A stretch of 63,268 bases of DNA, counting the filler, from Basidiobolus ranarum (lineage: Eukaryota): NCBI GenBank assembly GCA_040143965.1. It is 29 parts of 29 records of this genome, joined end to end, with 100 filler letters (N's around TTAATTAATTAA, not from the genome) between each part and the next. Parts side by side here need not be neighbours in the genome. Positions count along the whole stretch, not along the records: positions 61,192 to 63,268 come from JASJQH010003814.1; 28 more parts are not named here. One strand, 5' to 3'. A model generated the notes under the pieces. That model made no database searches and had not been told where the DNA came from. It saw nothing but the letters and a program-made list of their open reading frames with translations. The position numbers and the translations under genes were made by a program. Shown here piece by piece: positions 62,685-63,268 of the stretch (the first letter of the stretch is position 1; each line of letters opens with the position of its first letter).

Positions 62685-63268
62685 CCATTCAAAGACTCTT
62701 CTTTAAGTGTCTCCCATACCTGTCGTTTGTGATAACCACACCCTTTGTTGCTTGTCAGTTATCTTTAGCATTTCGTAAACTCTGGGTACCATACCCTTCG
62801 TCATTTGACAGTAGGCTTTGACACTTTGTGGATTCTCCTTTCATAGTTCCCCATACCGCTCCTTTCTTGGTACCATACTCTTTATCATTTGTCAGTGGTC
62901 ATTAGCACTTCATAAACTCATGTGTCAGCATTCTTTAGCACTGCGTAAACTCTGTATTAAGTGTTTCTCATACCTATCGTCATTTGTCAGTAGTCTTTAC
63001 CACTGAGCGCATTCTCTTTTTAGTGTGTCCCATACCGCTCGTTTCTTGGCAGAGTAACAATTTTGCGGTACTATCGTTTCCTCTCCCCGTTGTTTCTTGA
63101 CACCATACCCTTTGTCATTTATCAGTGGTCTTACGCACTTTGTAGACTCTGCTTGAAGTATTTCTCATACCCGTTGTTTCTAGACGCTGTTTGAAGCATT
63201 TTCCATTTATTTCTTGTCAGTAGTCTTTAGCTCTTTATAGGCTATCCTTTAGGTGTTTTCCAAATTCG
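62685..63268 (-). repeat. 84-bp repeat array (reverse orientation)
   Basis: AAGTGTCTCCCATACCTGTCGTTTGTGATAACCACACCCTTTG...GTCAGTAGTCTTTAGC monomers, some with internal deletions. Confidence 0.9.

Overview
This is not one contiguous locus. It is 29 unrelated short contigs (2095 down to 2077 bp, sorted by decreasing length) joined by artificial 100-bp spacers (44 N + TTAATTAATTAA + 44 N), so nothing can be inferred from adjacency across spacers. The DNA is eukaryotic and AT-rich, with short GT-AG introns. It is most consistent with an early-diverging fungus (inference from gene content and intron style; species not determinable). About two thirds is decayed, nested, CpG-depleted transposon DNA: several Ty1/Copia families with a Ty5/copia-type half-tRNAiMet PBS, an abundant CACTA/En-Spm-like (Transposase_21) family with a divergent second ORF and a CCCTAACAGAAA terminus, a PIF/Harbinger transposase, a small MITE and solo LTRs. 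Host genes or fragments are a PPP4R2/Psy4-like gene (7 exons), a penta-EF-hand ALG-2/Pef1-like gene (6 exons), an OFA-family MFS transporter with an in-frame TAG, a DUF4112 protein, a PSP1 C-terminus and a Thr-rich protein. The most interesting candidates are (i) a tandem pair of secreted precursors ending in an unrecognised 6-Cys domain and (ii) an 84-bp, CpG-retaining tandem repeat organised in a ~1.5-kb higher-order unit with a cryptic LRR-like 28-aa reading. No CRISPR array, rRNA or tRNA gene could be supported.
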